The notes: generated from the sequence alone by a model not told the origin. A stretch of 64,000 bases of DNA from Dehalococcoidia bacterium (GCA_963555985.3 OY820591.1:192001-256000); one strand, 5' to 3'. Counted from the first letter of the stretch, positions 1 to 9,405 are shown. A program made the numbers and translations.

Positions 1-241
1 ACACACCGCCGAACGCTACGCCGAAATGACCGGGTACTGGCGAACCAAGATCGCGCGCAACATGGAACGAGATCGCCGCGTCAACGGCGAACTGCGAGCC
101 CTCGGTTGGACAGTGATCCGCGTCACCGATCGCGCCGTGAATGGAGACGTATCCGCCATCGCCGACTTCGTGGAAAGCGCCGCTAGAGGGCGGTTCGACA
201 CCTACCCGCCGCCCGGCATTGAGTTCTACCGGGCGTTGTGA
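1..241 (+). CDS. Vsr/DUF559-like very-short-patch repair endonuclease, 5' part outside window
   Basis: YWRTKIARNMERDRRVNGELRALGWTVIRV matches the Vsr C-terminal signature (W..KI..N..RD....L...GW.V.R); frame is open back to position 2. Confidence 0.75.
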   Translation, partial: HTAERYAEMTGYWRTKIARNMERDRRVNGELRALGWTVIRVTDRAVNGDVSAIADFVESAARGRFDTYPPPGIEFYRAL

Positions 242-470
242 TGGATGTCTCCCTGGACGTTGAAGCCGCGATCGTCTACTTCGACGCCTTCATGTACGGC
301 CCGCTGCTGAGCCGCTCCCATCCCACCGCAATCCTGATACCATCAGTACGTATGCGCTCAATAGCTCAGGAGCCGACTGTCATACCCCCAGCCAGCCCAC
401 CAACCGGCTCATGCCCCGGCGCGATGTCCGACCACATCCGCCGCCTTCCGACATCACCCGAACGGCCCCG

Positions 471-560
471 TCCAAATCCGCCCACAATCGTCCACAATCG
501 TCCAAAACCGAACAAAGCCGACCAAAGAAACCTGAAAAAAGCTGAAAGAATCTGAACGCC
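471..560. repeat. 10-bp-periodic degenerate tandem array (~9 units)
   Basis: tccaaatccg cccacaatcg tccacaatcg tccaaaaccg aacaaagccg accaaagaaa cctgaaaaaa gctgaaagaa tctgaacgcc. Confidence 0.7.
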
Positions 561-692
561 TGAACGCGCGATCTCCAGTGTTTTACGGGAGATCGTGTGT
601 TTCCCACCCTAGAAAAAAATTTTCGCTGAACACCTGAAACCGGCCAACACTCGTCCACAACCCGAACGGAGCGCACAACCTAGACTCACTCT

Positions 693-740
693 ATGCCGCC
701 CCTCACCGGACTCCGCGTTCTCGAACGCGGCCTGTTCTGG
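693..740 (+). repeat. Diverged copy of the 5' end of the CoA-transferase gene (partner 1494-1541)
   Basis: 39/48 nt identical; encodes MPPLTGLRVLERG vs MPPLTGLRVLDHG; each copy has a TAnnnT box 6 nt upstream (681-686, 1482-1487). Confidence 0.85.
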
Positions 741-797
741 CAGCAGCCCGTCTTCGGCGACTACCGTCCTGACGACAATCCGATTCGGAGCCTCCGA

Positions 798-1484
798 ATG
801 ACCACCACCCTCAGCCCGCCTGCCGACGCCTCCGCCCAGACCGCGCCCCAACACTGGGGACTGCTCGCTCTGCGACTGCCCGACGACTGGGTGCTCACCG
901 ACGAGTGCCTCGAACAACTCTGCCAACTCAACCCCGAATGGCGGCTCGAACGCGGACACTTCGGCGAACTGGTGGTGAATATGGGTTCCGGCGGTCCAAG
1001 CTTCATGATTACCGCAGAAATCCTCGCCGCCGTCTTCGCCTGGGCAAAGACGGTCGGCGCATACGCCTTTGGCGCTGACGCCAGCTTCAACGTGATCGAC
1101 CCGCGCGGCGGCGAACCCATGCGCAATCCCGACATCTCCTGGGTCAGCCCCGAACAAATGGATTCGATGGGCGGCTTCCCGCCCCTGCGCGGTTTCTGGC
1201 CCATCTGCCCCGCCTTCGTCGTCGAAGTCCGCTCCCCGGGCGACAGCCTCCGCAATCAACAGGGACGCATGACCGACTGGCTCCGCTTCGGCGCGCAACT
1301 CGGTTGGCTGGTCGATCCCCACAATCGCGATGTCTGGATCTACCGTCCGGATCAAGATCCAGAGCAATTGCGCCGACCGACCGTCCTCGCAGGCGAAGCG
1401 CCGATCGACAGCTTCAGCATGGACTTCACCCCGATCTGGGAGCTGATGGACGGCGCAGAAGCAGCCGCAGCCGACGCCGAATAA
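798..1484 (+). CDS. Uma2/DUF820 family PD-(D/E)XK endonuclease (may start at 693 as an in-frame fusion)
   Basis: RNPDISWV...ICPAFVVEVRSPGD...GAQLGWLVDP motifs typical of Uma2. Confidence 0.9.
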   Translation: MTTTLSPPADASAQTAPQHWGLLALRLPDDWVLTDECLEQLCQLNPEWRLERGHFGELVVNMGSGGPSFMITAEILAAVFAWAKTVGAYAFGADASFNVIDPRGGEPMRNPDISWVSPEQMDSMGGFPPLRGFWPICPAFVVEVRSPGDSLRNQQGRMTDWLRFGAQLGWLVDPHNRDVWIYRPDQDPEQLRRPTVLAGEAPIDSFSMDFTPIWELMDGAEAAAADAE

Positions 1485-1493
1485 CATGCCCCC

Positions 1494-2744
1494 ATGCCCC
1501 CACTCACCGGACTCCGAGTGCTCGACCACGGCCACGTCTGGGCCGGACCGCTGCTCGGCATGTTCCTCGCCGACCTCGGCGCCGAGGTGATCAAAGTCGG
1601 CGCGCCCCACCGGCTCTCCGGCATCTCGATCGGCGGACAGCGCGCGCCCGTCGGCTCAATCGGCGGCGACCGCGGCTCCACTCCCGCCGACGATCCCCGC
1701 GCCTTCCACGGACTCGACCGCGGCAAGATGTCGATCGCCATCCACCTCGGAGACCCGCGCGGCAAGGAGCTCTACCTGCGCCTGGTCGAGCAGTCCGACA
1801 TCGTGCTCGAAAACTTCTCCCCCCGTGTGATGCCCTCCCTGGGTCTGGGCTGGGAGCAGCTGCGCGAGGTCAACCCGCGCCTGATCATGATCGCCCTCTC
1901 CGCCGCCGGCGCGACCGACGGCCCCTGGCGCAACCTGGTCACCTACGGACCCTCACTGGCCGCCCTCTACGGACTCAAATCCTTGCTTGGCTACCCCGAC
2001 CACCCCCAGCCGCGCGAAGACACCGCCGACCTCGACCCGACCGCCGCCGGACACGCCTTCGTCGCTGTCTTAGCCGCGCTCGAATACCGCGAACGCACCG
2101 GCGAGGGTCAGTTCATCGACCTCGCCCAGGGTGAAGCCACCCTCCAACGCGCCGCTGCGCCGCTCATGGACTGGCTGCTCAACCGCCGCAACCCAGGACC
2201 GCAGGGCAACCGCTCCCACACGCTCGCGCCGCACGGCGTCTACCCCGCCGCCGGCGACGACCAGTGGCTCTCCGTCGTCGTCCGCTCCGACGTAGAGTGG
2301 CGCGCCCTCTGCGCCGAAGCCGCAGCCGACGGCTACACCCTCGACAAACCGGAGTGGTCGCGCGGACTCGCGCGAAGCCAAGATCAAGACGCCCTCGACG
2401 CCGCCCTCAGCGAATGGACCCGCCAACACGACGCCATGGAACTCACGATCCGCCTCCAAGCCGCAGGCGTCCCCGCTTTCCCCATGATGGATCCCACATC
2501 GCTCCTGATCGACGACGACTACGCCACACTCTCCGCCGCCGCAATCGACCTCTCCGCAGACATGGCCGAGCCGGTACGCGGAGGAGCCCTCTACACCGGA
2601 GCACCCTGGAAACTCGCCAGAACCCCCGCCGCCATCACCGCACCAGTCTCAAACCGAGGCGAACACGACGAACACATCTACACCAACCTCCTCGGCCTCA
2701 GCCAAGCCAAGCGCGAAGAACTGCGGGCGGACGGTGTGATCTAG
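1494..2744 (+). CDS. CaiB/BaiF family (class III) CoA-transferase
   Basis: LTGLRVLD..HVWAGP, LADLGAEVIKV, DIVLENFSP, GEGQFIDLA motifs. Confidence 0.92.
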   Translation: MPPLTGLRVLDHGHVWAGPLLGMFLADLGAEVIKVGAPHRLSGISIGGQRAPVGSIGGDRGSTPADDPRAFHGLDRGKMSIAIHLGDPRGKELYLRLVEQSDIVLENFSPRVMPSLGLGWEQLREVNPRLIMIALSAAGATDGPWRNLVTYGPSLAALYGLKSLLGYPDHPQPREDTADLDPTAAGHAFVAVLAALEYRERTGEGQFIDLAQGEATLQRAAAPLMDWLLNRRNPGPQGNRSHTLAPHGVYPAAGDDQWLSVVVRSDVEWRALCAEAAADGYTLDKPEWSRGLARSQDQDALDAALSEWTRQHDAMELTIRLQAAGVPAFPMMDPTSLLIDDDYATLSAAAIDLSADMAEPVRGGALYTGAPWKLARTPAAITAPVSNRGEHDEHIYTNLLGLSQAKREELRADGVI

Positions 2745-2875
2745 GTCCTGGTTCGGCTCAATTCCAGAGCGCCAACGTCCCCGGCGCGCCGGGGCAGAGC
2801 GCCTGCGACCTCGCCGCCCGTCAGGTTCGGGCGCACCATCCCCTGCGGTAGAATATTCGGCCATAGGGTCTGTCC

Positions 2876-4336
2876 ATGAACAACGAGCTCCTGCAAGACT
2901 ATGTTGCCAGCGGCTTGTCGGACGATGAAATGTTCGACGAATCCGGAGCGCTCCGGCATGACTACCGTGAGCTCGGCGAGATCCTGCAAGGCTGGTCGCT
3001 GGAGGAGCACCTGCAACGCGAAGATCGCGCCGACCTCGCGCTGTTGAGCGCGGGCATCACGTTCAATGTCTATTCGGATGAAGAAGGCACAGAGCGAATC
3101 TTCCCGTTCTCCTTGATCCCGCGAATCATCGGAGCGCAGGAGTGGACCGACGTCGAATCCGGGCTGAAGCAGCGTCTCCAAGCGCTCAACCTGTTCCTCT
3201 CCGACGTCTACGGGGCGCAACGGATCATCAAAGAACGAATCATCCCGGAAGCGATCGTCCTCGGCGCTCCCGGCTACAAACCTGAGATGCAGGGCTTCCG
3301 GCCGCCGTTGGGCGTCTACGCGCACATCGCCGGTTGCGATCTGCTCCGCGATGAGCAGCGCGGGTTTGTCGTGCTGGAGGACAACCTCAGAACGCCTTCC
3401 GGCGTCTCTTACGTGCTGGAGAACCGAACCGTGATGCTGCGCGTCGTACCCGATCTCCTGCCTCGTTGGGGCGTGCGCGCCGTCACTGATTATCCAAACC
3501 AGCTGCTGGCCACCCTGCTTTCGGTTCGACCGGCGGACAGCGGCGATCCGCCGCGCGCGGTGCTGCTCACTCCGGGCGTCTACAACTCCGCCTACTTCGA
3601 GCATTCCTTCCTCAGTAACCAGATGGGCATTCCGCTCGTTGAGGGTTCCGACCTGATCGTGGGAGACGACGACTTCGTTTATCTGCGCTCGACCACCGGC
3701 CTGGAGCGTGTCGACGTGATTTACCGTCGGATCGACGACGATTTCCTCGATCCGGAGGTCTATCGAGCAGACTCGCTGTTGGGCGTGCCGGGACTGATGC
3801 GCGCCTACCTCAACGGTCACGTGACTCTGGTCAACGCGCCCGGCGCGGGCGTCGCCGACGACAAAGTCGTCTATCGCTGGGTGCCGGAGATCATCCGCTT
3901 CTATCTGGACGAAGATCCCATTCTCCCGAACGTCGAAACGTACTCGCCGTTGGTGCCGGCCGAACTGGACCACATTCGCGCCCATGCGCGAGAACTCGTG
4001 CTCAAGCCGGCCAACGCCTCCGGCGGCTACGGAGTGCTGATCGGCGAGCAAGCGTCGAGCGCTGAACTGGAGGCGACGCTGGCCCAGGTCGAGGCGGAGC
4101 CGCGCAACTGGATCGCGCAGCCGCTGGTCCGGTTCAGCACGATTCCCACCTTCGACGACGATCGCCTCAAACCGCGCCGCGCCGACCTGCGTCCCTTCAT
4201 CCTCTCGGGTCAGGAAACCTGGGTAATCCCCGGCGGTCTGACCCGCGTGGCCTTGCGCGAGGGCTCGTACATCGTCAACTCCTCGCAAGGCGGCGGCAGC
4301 AAGGACACCTGGGTGCTGAACGAGGAGCCGTCCTGA
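2876..4336 (+). CDS. Circularly permuted type 2 ATP-grasp peptide ligase
   Basis: VLEDNLRTPSGVSYVLENR, VDVIYRRIDDDFLDP, VNSSQGGGSKDTWV. Confidence 0.93.
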   Translation: MNNELLQDYVASGLSDDEMFDESGALRHDYRELGEILQGWSLEEHLQREDRADLALLSAGITFNVYSDEEGTERIFPFSLIPRIIGAQEWTDVESGLKQRLQALNLFLSDVYGAQRIIKERIIPEAIVLGAPGYKPEMQGFRPPLGVYAHIAGCDLLRDEQRGFVVLEDNLRTPSGVSYVLENRTVMLRVVPDLLPRWGVRAVTDYPNQLLATLLSVRPADSGDPPRAVLLTPGVYNSAYFEHSFLSNQMGIPLVEGSDLIVGDDDFVYLRSTTGLERVDVIYRRIDDDFLDPEVYRADSLLGVPGLMRAYLNGHVTLVNAPGAGVADDKVVYRWVPEIIRFYLDEDPILPNVETYSPLVPAELDHIRAHARELVLKPANASGGYGVLIGEQASSAELEATLAQVEAEPRNWIAQPLVRFSTIPTFDDDRLKPRRADLRPFILSGQETWVIPGGLTRVALREGSYIVNSSQGGGSKDTWVLNEEPS

Positions 4337-5313
4337 TGCTCAGCCGCGTGGCCGAGAACCTCTATTGGCTCGGACGCTACCTCGAGCGCGCCGAGAACAT
4401 CGCTCGCATGGCGCGGGTCGAGCATGAGGTGTCGCTCGAAAGCGGTCAGGAGATCTGGCACAGCCTGGTCAGCACGACCGCCTCCAATCAACTCTTCTGG
4501 GACACCCTGCGTGAGTCGCCCGATCTCACCCATTCCGAGTTCCTGATCTACTCGATGCAAAACCCGGCTTCGCTCCGCTCTACGCTCATCCGCGCCCGAG
4601 AGCTGGCGCGCGGACTACGGGAACACATCTCCCGCGAGGTCTGGGAAGAGATCAACGCGCTCTACCTGTTCCTGGCGCTGCGCAAGCAATACATCGCCAG
4701 CGACATCCACGAGTTCTGCACCGAGACCCAGCGCCGCACCCAGACGATCCTCGGGCTCTACGACAACACCGTGCTCAGGGACGAGGGCCGAGAGTGGTTC
4801 CGCTGCGGGATGTATCTGGAGCGGGCGGACATGACCAGCCGGATCATCGACGCCAAGTATCACATCCTGCTGCCGGGCGGCGACTCGATCGGCGGGCCCT
4901 TCGACCGCTTCCAGTGGATGGCGGTCTTGCGCTCCGCTTCGGCTCGCGAGGCTTACCGCCGGATGGGGAACAGCGAGGTCGACGGCGTCCAGGTCGCGCA
5001 GTTGTTGATCTTCTCCCAGGAGTTTCCGCGCAGTCTCGCCTTCTGCGTGCTGGCGCTTCAGCGTCACTGCCAATTGGCGACGGCGCAGACGCCCAAACGC
5101 CGGCGAGCGGCGGCTGAGCGAGGGATCGCGTTGTTGCATCTGGATGTCGGCGCGACGGATATCGAGGATGTGATCAGCGATGGTCTGCACGACTTCCTCG
5201 ACGGCTTCCAGCAGCGGCTGATCGAGATCGACCGCGCGATCACGGACGACATCTTCCGCGCGGAGCCCAACGCCGGCCAAGCTCAGCGCCAATCGAAGAT
5301 TGACCAGGGTTGA
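4336..5313 (+). CDS. Alpha-E domain protein
   Basis: MLSRVAENLYWLGRYLERAEN and second ERAD repeat; FPRSL; translationally coupled to the ATP-grasp gene. Confidence 0.93.
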   Translation: MLSRVAENLYWLGRYLERAENIARMARVEHEVSLESGQEIWHSLVSTTASNQLFWDTLRESPDLTHSEFLIYSMQNPASLRSTLIRARELARGLREHISREVWEEINALYLFLALRKQYIASDIHEFCTETQRRTQTILGLYDNTVLRDEGREWFRCGMYLERADMTSRIIDAKYHILLPGGDSIGGPFDRFQWMAVLRSASAREAYRRMGNSEVDGVQVAQLLIFSQEFPRSLAFCVLALQRHCQLATAQTPKRRRAAAERGIALLHLDVGATDIEDVISDGLHDFLDGFQQRLIEIDRAITDDIFRAEPNAGQAQRQSKIDQG

Positions 5314-5314
5314 G

Positions 5315-6052
5315 ATGACCTTCTGCCTGGGCATCAAGTGCAAGGACGGCCTCATCGCGATCGCCGACACGCGGATCACCAGCGGTTCCGAGGTCTCGAC
5401 CGCCAAGAAGATCGCGGTACACCAGGGCGAACGGCAGGTCATGTTCGTGCTCACCAGCGGCCTGCGCTCGGTGCGCGACAAGACCCTCACCTACTTCGAG
5501 CAACGCTGGCGGCAGAACGGGAACCAGCTCTCCCGCTCCTACCAGGCGGTGAACGCCCTAGCCGAAGAGATGCGGCGGGTCTACGACGAGGACAACGACT
5601 GGCTGCTCAAGGCTGGACTGCATTTCGACCTCCACTGCATCGTGGGCAGCCAGTTGGCCGAGGACGAGGCTCCACAGCTCTATCTGCTCTATCCGCAGGG
5701 CAACTGGGTCGAAGTCTCTCGCGGCACGCCCTATCTGATCATCGGTGAGACCCGCTTCGGCAAGCCGATCCTCGATCGCGCGCTGCGCTACGACGCCTCA
5801 TTGGAGGAGGCGCTGCGGCTGGGAATCCTCTCATTCAATTCGACCGAGGCGAGCTCCGCAGACGTCGGCCCGCCGGTGGACGCCCTGGTCTATCCAGCTA
5901 GTTTGTTCGCCGTGCGCGAGCGCCGCTTCAGCGCCGAGCAACTGCAACCGGTCGCGCAATTCTGGCAGCGCGCGATCGAGAACGCGGTAGAGCAAGCGGA
6001 GGTTCCCGTCGCCTCGTTGGCGCAGGCGCTCGGCATCGACTCGGCGCGCTAA
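5315..6052 (+). CDS. Proteasome-type Ntn protease (Anbu-like)
   Basis: M-T1-FCLG..DGL..IADTR, YPQGNW, IGETRFGKPILDR; N-terminal Thr nucleophile; operon context. Confidence 0.9.
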   Translation: MTFCLGIKCKDGLIAIADTRITSGSEVSTAKKIAVHQGERQVMFVLTSGLRSVRDKTLTYFEQRWRQNGNQLSRSYQAVNALAEEMRRVYDEDNDWLLKAGLHFDLHCIVGSQLAEDEAPQLYLLYPQGNWVEVSRGTPYLIIGETRFGKPILDRALRYDASLEEALRLGILSFNSTEASSADVGPPVDALVYPASLFAVRERRFSAEQLQPVAQFWQRAIENAVEQAEVPVASLAQALGIDSAR

Positions 6053-6155
6053 GTGTGCGCTCAATACACCGAGCGCCGCCCTAACCCGTCTGCTTCCCCC
6101 ACGCCCGTTATCCTCGCTACGCCGACACCAACCACCACTAGACAGGACGCCAAAC

Positions 6156-6914
6156 ATGTGCCACCGCTACGAAGCTCTGCCCGCAATCACCCCCATCGCC
6201 GGCGCAGCCGTTGACGTCGAAGACCTCACCCTCACCGCCGCCGACGGAACCGAGTTTGCCGCCTTCCACGCCCGCGCCGAATCTCCCACCGGCCCCGGCA
6301 TGGTGATCCTGCCCGACGTGCGCGGACTCTTCCGTTTCTACGAAGAACTCGCCATCCGCTTCGCCGAGATCGGCGTCGACGCCGTCGCCATCGACTACTT
6401 CGGCCGCACCGCCGGCGTCTCCAAGCGCGACGCCGAGTTCGACTTCTGGCCGCACGTCCGCGCGACCACAGCGGAGGGCGTCAATGCCGACACCGCCGCC
6501 GCCGTCGCCGTGCTCCGCGCCAACGACCCCAACCGCGCTGTCTTCACCGTCGGCTTCTGCTTCGGCGGCAGCAACAGTTGGCTCCAGGCCGCCGCCGGAC
6601 ATGGCCTCGCCGGCGCGATCGGCTTCTACGGCCGCCCCACCGCCGAGGGATTGAACGGCGGACCTGCACCCGTCGCCAAAGTGCCCGAGATCGAGGGCGC
6701 GATCCTCGGTCTGATGGGCGGCGCGGACGAGAGCATCCCGGCCGACGCCGTCGCCGAGTGGGACGCTGCGCTCGAAGCGGGCGGCGTCAGCCGCGAGATC
6801 ATCACCTACGAAGGCGCGCCCCACAGCTTCTTCGACCGCAGCTACGACGAACACGTCGAAGCCTGCAACGACGCCTGGCAGCGCATCCAAGCCTTCATCG
6901 CCGCCAACAGCTAG
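6156..6914 (+). CDS. Dienelactone hydrolase family protein
   Basis: GFCFGG nucleophile motif, GGAD, YEGAPHSFF. Confidence 0.92.
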   Translation: MCHRYEALPAITPIAGAAVDVEDLTLTAADGTEFAAFHARAESPTGPGMVILPDVRGLFRFYEELAIRFAEIGVDAVAIDYFGRTAGVSKRDAEFDFWPHVRATTAEGVNADTAAAVAVLRANDPNRAVFTVGFCFGGSNSWLQAAAGHGLAGAIGFYGRPTAEGLNGGPAPVAKVPEIEGAILGLMGGADESIPADAVAEWDAALEAGGVSREIITYEGAPHSFFDRSYDEHVEACNDAWQRIQAFIAANS

Positions 6915-6915
6915 A

Positions 6916-6950
6916 CGAACAGACCCGAACATATCCGAACAGCCCGAACA
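6916..6950. repeat. Short 10-bp-periodic array (CGAACA x4)
   Basis: cgaacagacc cgaacatatc cgaacagcc cgaaca. Confidence 0.55.
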
Positions 6951-6981
6951 ACGTTTGTCAGCCCCAGAAAGGACATCCTCC

Positions 6982-7368
6982 ATGCGCGTGACCAAATCCT
7001 CCGACGGCGACACCAACCAGGCCAACGCTCCCATCTTCACCGGCGGCGATGTCTGGGTGCGAGCCCTGGCCGGCTCGATCGGCGGCCAGAACGCCGCCGA
7101 CGACAACGACTTCAACCTCGCCGTTGTCCAGTTCGGCGCTGGCGCTCGCACCAAAATGCACACTCACACCAGCGAGCAAATCCTCTACGTCGTTGCCGGC
7201 ATCGGCAAAGTCGGCACCGCCGACGAAGAACACACCATCTCCGTCGGAGACTTCGCCATCATCCCCGCCGGCGAAGACCACTTCCACGGCGCCGCTGACA
7301 CCGGCTCGCCCATGTCCCACCTCGCCATCACCCGCCGCGACTCGATCACAGAAGTCACCGAGGACTAA
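6982..7368 (+). CDS. Cupin domain protein
   Basis: MHTHTSEQILYV..G and IPAGEDHFHGA cupin motifs; AAAGGA RBS. Confidence 0.9.
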   Translation: MRVTKSSDGDTNQANAPIFTGGDVWVRALAGSIGGQNAADDNDFNLAVVQFGAGARTKMHTHTSEQILYVVAGIGKVGTADEEHTISVGDFAIIPAGEDHFHGAADTGSPMSHLAITRRDSITEVTED

Positions 7369-7407
7369 AGGAACCGGTACCGTGATGACAGTGAGCGAGG
7401 TTTCGTC

Positions 7408-7779
7408 ATGGTGACTGAGGAACATCCGAAGAAGGAATGGGGTCCGCGCCCGGGAGAAGACTGGCGCGCCCATCGGATGCGGGTGTTCGCCGATTACCCC
7501 GAGATGCTCGAAGTCCTGCGCATCGCCGAGTCCAGAGAACACGAAGCGGAAATCTGGCGCGAGCGCAGCTTGGCAGCGTGGGAGGGTGATCCCGAAATGC
7601 AGCAGCTCATCCGCGAGACGCCGTTCGACCTCGAGTCCAGCCCCGAAGAGGACGAAGAAGACATCCGCATCTGCCGCGAGCGGGCCGCTCGTGGAGTTTC
7701 CTACCCGCTTGAAGACGTACTCCGCGAACTGGCGGAGGAATTCCCCGACGAGGCCGAAGATATCCTCGCCGGACTATGA
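7408..7779 (+). CDS. Putative antitoxin
   Basis: Acidic protein ending in G.SYPLEDVLREL; ATGA overlap with downstream RelE-like gene. Confidence 0.65.
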   Translation: MVTEEHPKKEWGPRPGEDWRAHRMRVFADYPEMLEVLRIAESREHEAEIWRERSLAAWEGDPEMQQLIRETPFDLESSPEEDEEDIRICRERAARGVSYPLEDVLRELAEEFPDEAEDILAGL

Positions 7780-8210
7780 GATACGTCGTCAATCTTGACC
7801 CGGACGCCAAAGCAGAACTCCGCCGCCTGAGCCCGGACCCCAAGAGCGAAGTCAACAAGGTGCTGAAGCGTCTGGTGATGGGACCCGACCCGAAGCGTGG
7901 TGACCTGCGGTTGCAGGGCAAAGGCGACAAGTTACAGAGCCAAGACAACCTCTGGCGCGCTCTGGCCGGGCGTCGTTGGCGAGTCGTCTTCGCAGTGCTG
8001 CCCGAGCGGCGCATCGAAGTGCGACGAATCCGCAGACGACCGCTCGCCTACAAAGGCATCGAACACCCGGGCCGACAAGAACTCCAGGAGGACGCCGCAC
8101 CATACTCCGGCGAAGCCGCTCCAATAACCCTCGCCGCCCACACCGGTTCTCCCATGCCTCGCCTAGCCGCCACCCGCCGCGACTCTGTCACCGAAGTCGC
8201 CGAAGGCTAA
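7776..8210 (+). CDS. RelE/ParE-family toxin with C-terminal tail homologous to the cupin 3' end
   Basis: YVVNLDPDAKAEL...LWRALAGRRWRVVFAV...IEVRRIRRR..AY; last 25 aa match the cupin C-terminus. Confidence 0.8.
   Translation: MRYVVNLDPDAKAELRRLSPDPKSEVNKVLKRLVMGPDPKRGDLRLQGKGDKLQSQDNLWRALAGRRWRVVFAVLPERRIEVRRIRRRPLAYKGIEHPGRQELQEDAAPYSGEAAPITLAAHTGSPMPRLAATRRDSVTEVAEG
8133..8210 (+). repeat. Diverged copy of cupin 3' end (partner 7291-7368)
   Basis: 62/78 nt identical, same frame, same TAA stop. Confidence 0.88.
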
Positions 8211-8233
8211 ACTGGCTCAAGAAACACGACATC

Positions 8234-8623
8234 ATGGTCGCCGAACCGCACCACACCCAAGCCGAAGCCTGGCAACGCGCCGAAAAGCTGCGCATCGCCG
8301 CCCAATACCCCGGCGAAGACGAAGACTTCGCCGAGACCATCCTCGCAACCCCCTGGCGCGACACCCTCGAAACCGATGTCCGCCGCGTCTACAAGGCGCA
8401 CATGGAGTGGGCTGCGCCGGTCCGCGCACAAGGCGAGTTCACGCTTCCAAGCCTCGATCTCTTCTGGGAAAACGTCGCCTTACTGCTGCCCGACTATGAG
8501 CTGTATCTCAGCAAAGTGCAGCGCGAGACGCCCGCAGGCCGCGAATTCATGAAGCGCGTCAAGCGAATCTATCCGGACGCCGCTGACACGTTCAAGTACG
8601 CCGACGTTCCTCCCGAACCGTGA
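8234..8623 (+). CDS. Putative antitoxin (distant relative of 7408-7779)
   Basis: GTGA overlap with RelE gene; weak similarity (MV.E.H, LRIA, I..TP[WF]) to the first antitoxin. Confidence 0.55.
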   Translation: MVAEPHHTQAEAWQRAEKLRIAAQYPGEDEDFAETILATPWRDTLETDVRRVYKAHMEWAAPVRAQGEFTLPSLDLFWENVALLLPDYELYLSKVQRETPAGREFMKRVKRIYPDAADTFKYADVPPEP

Positions 8624-8922
8624 CCACACCACCCTTCTGGCGCGTGATCCTGAGCGCTGACGCACAGCGACAACGCCGGCAGTTGATTGGAAGAGCAAAG
8701 CGTGAGCTCAACGACGCGCTTCGGCTGCTCCGAGGCGGGCCAACGCGCATCGCGGACTCCATCGAGCTACAGGGACACCCCCGCATCTGGAGAATCCGGC
8801 TCGCCGTCGGCAATCGTCGGCTGATCTTCCGAGTCGATCAGGAACAACGTCGAATCGTCGTCCTCGACATCCTCAGACGCGATCAGGCGTATCTGAAGTA
8901 CCCACTGCCCAGCGATGACTAG
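8620..8922 (+). CDS. RelE/ParE-family toxin
   Basis: WRVILSADAQR...LQGHPRIWRIRLAVGNRRLIFRVD...IVVLDILRRDQAY. Confidence 0.85.
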   Translation: MTTPPFWRVILSADAQRQRRQLIGRAKRELNDALRLLRGGPTRIADSIELQGHPRIWRIRLAVGNRRLIFRVDQEQRRIVVLDILRRDQAYLKYPLPSDD

Positions 8923-8928
8923 ACGTCT

Positions 8929-9405
8929 CTAGTACCCACTCCGACGACCCACTGACCGCACATCCCAGACCGCAATCCCTACTACCGCCGCCAGACTCAG
9001 CGCAATCAACACCAGCAACACCACTCCCCCAGCGCCGCCGATATCCGCCAACTGACGCATCGCCACCATGATCCCGGCCGCCGAAACCGCCAGCCCGACA
9101 TACAGCCAGTGCCGTACCCACTCCGCTGCAAAGTTCACCGCAATCGCCACTGCAACCGCCAGATTCACCACGATCAGCAGATGCACGTCCGCGTGACGGC
9201 TCCACCCGCCCCAGGCCGTACCCGTCAGGTCGTTCACTTCAACTGCCGTCCCCCCGCGCAGCGCGAGGAAGAGCACAATGATCGCGCCTCCCGCGAACCC
9301 GCCCACCAGCGGACGGAACATGCGCGGACCCATCACCTCCCAGGCGCGCGAGGGCAGCGCTCCAAGCCGAGTCCGGCTGTGCTCGTACTGGTGCTCGTCG
9401 GCCAT
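8929..9405 (-). CDS. Hypothetical membrane protein (~4 TM)
   Basis: Four hydrophobic segments; directly downstream of the SDR gene. Confidence 0.65.
   Translation of the reverse strand: MADEHQYEHSRTRLGALPSRAWEVMGPRMFRPLVGGFAGGAIIVLFLALRGGTAVEVNDLTGTAWGGWSRHADVHLLIVVNLAVAVAIAVNFAAEWVRHWLYVGLAVSAAGIMVAMRQLADIGGAGGVVLLVLIALSLAAVVGIAVWDVRSVGRRSGY

Noticed and set aside
238-555. 105-aa ORF after the Vsr-like gene
   Set aside because: No recognisable motif; second half runs through the decamer array; may be a remnant but unsupported
8897-8940. Exact 10-bp repeat agtacccact
   Set aside because: Copies are only 34 bp apart and do not bracket a cassette
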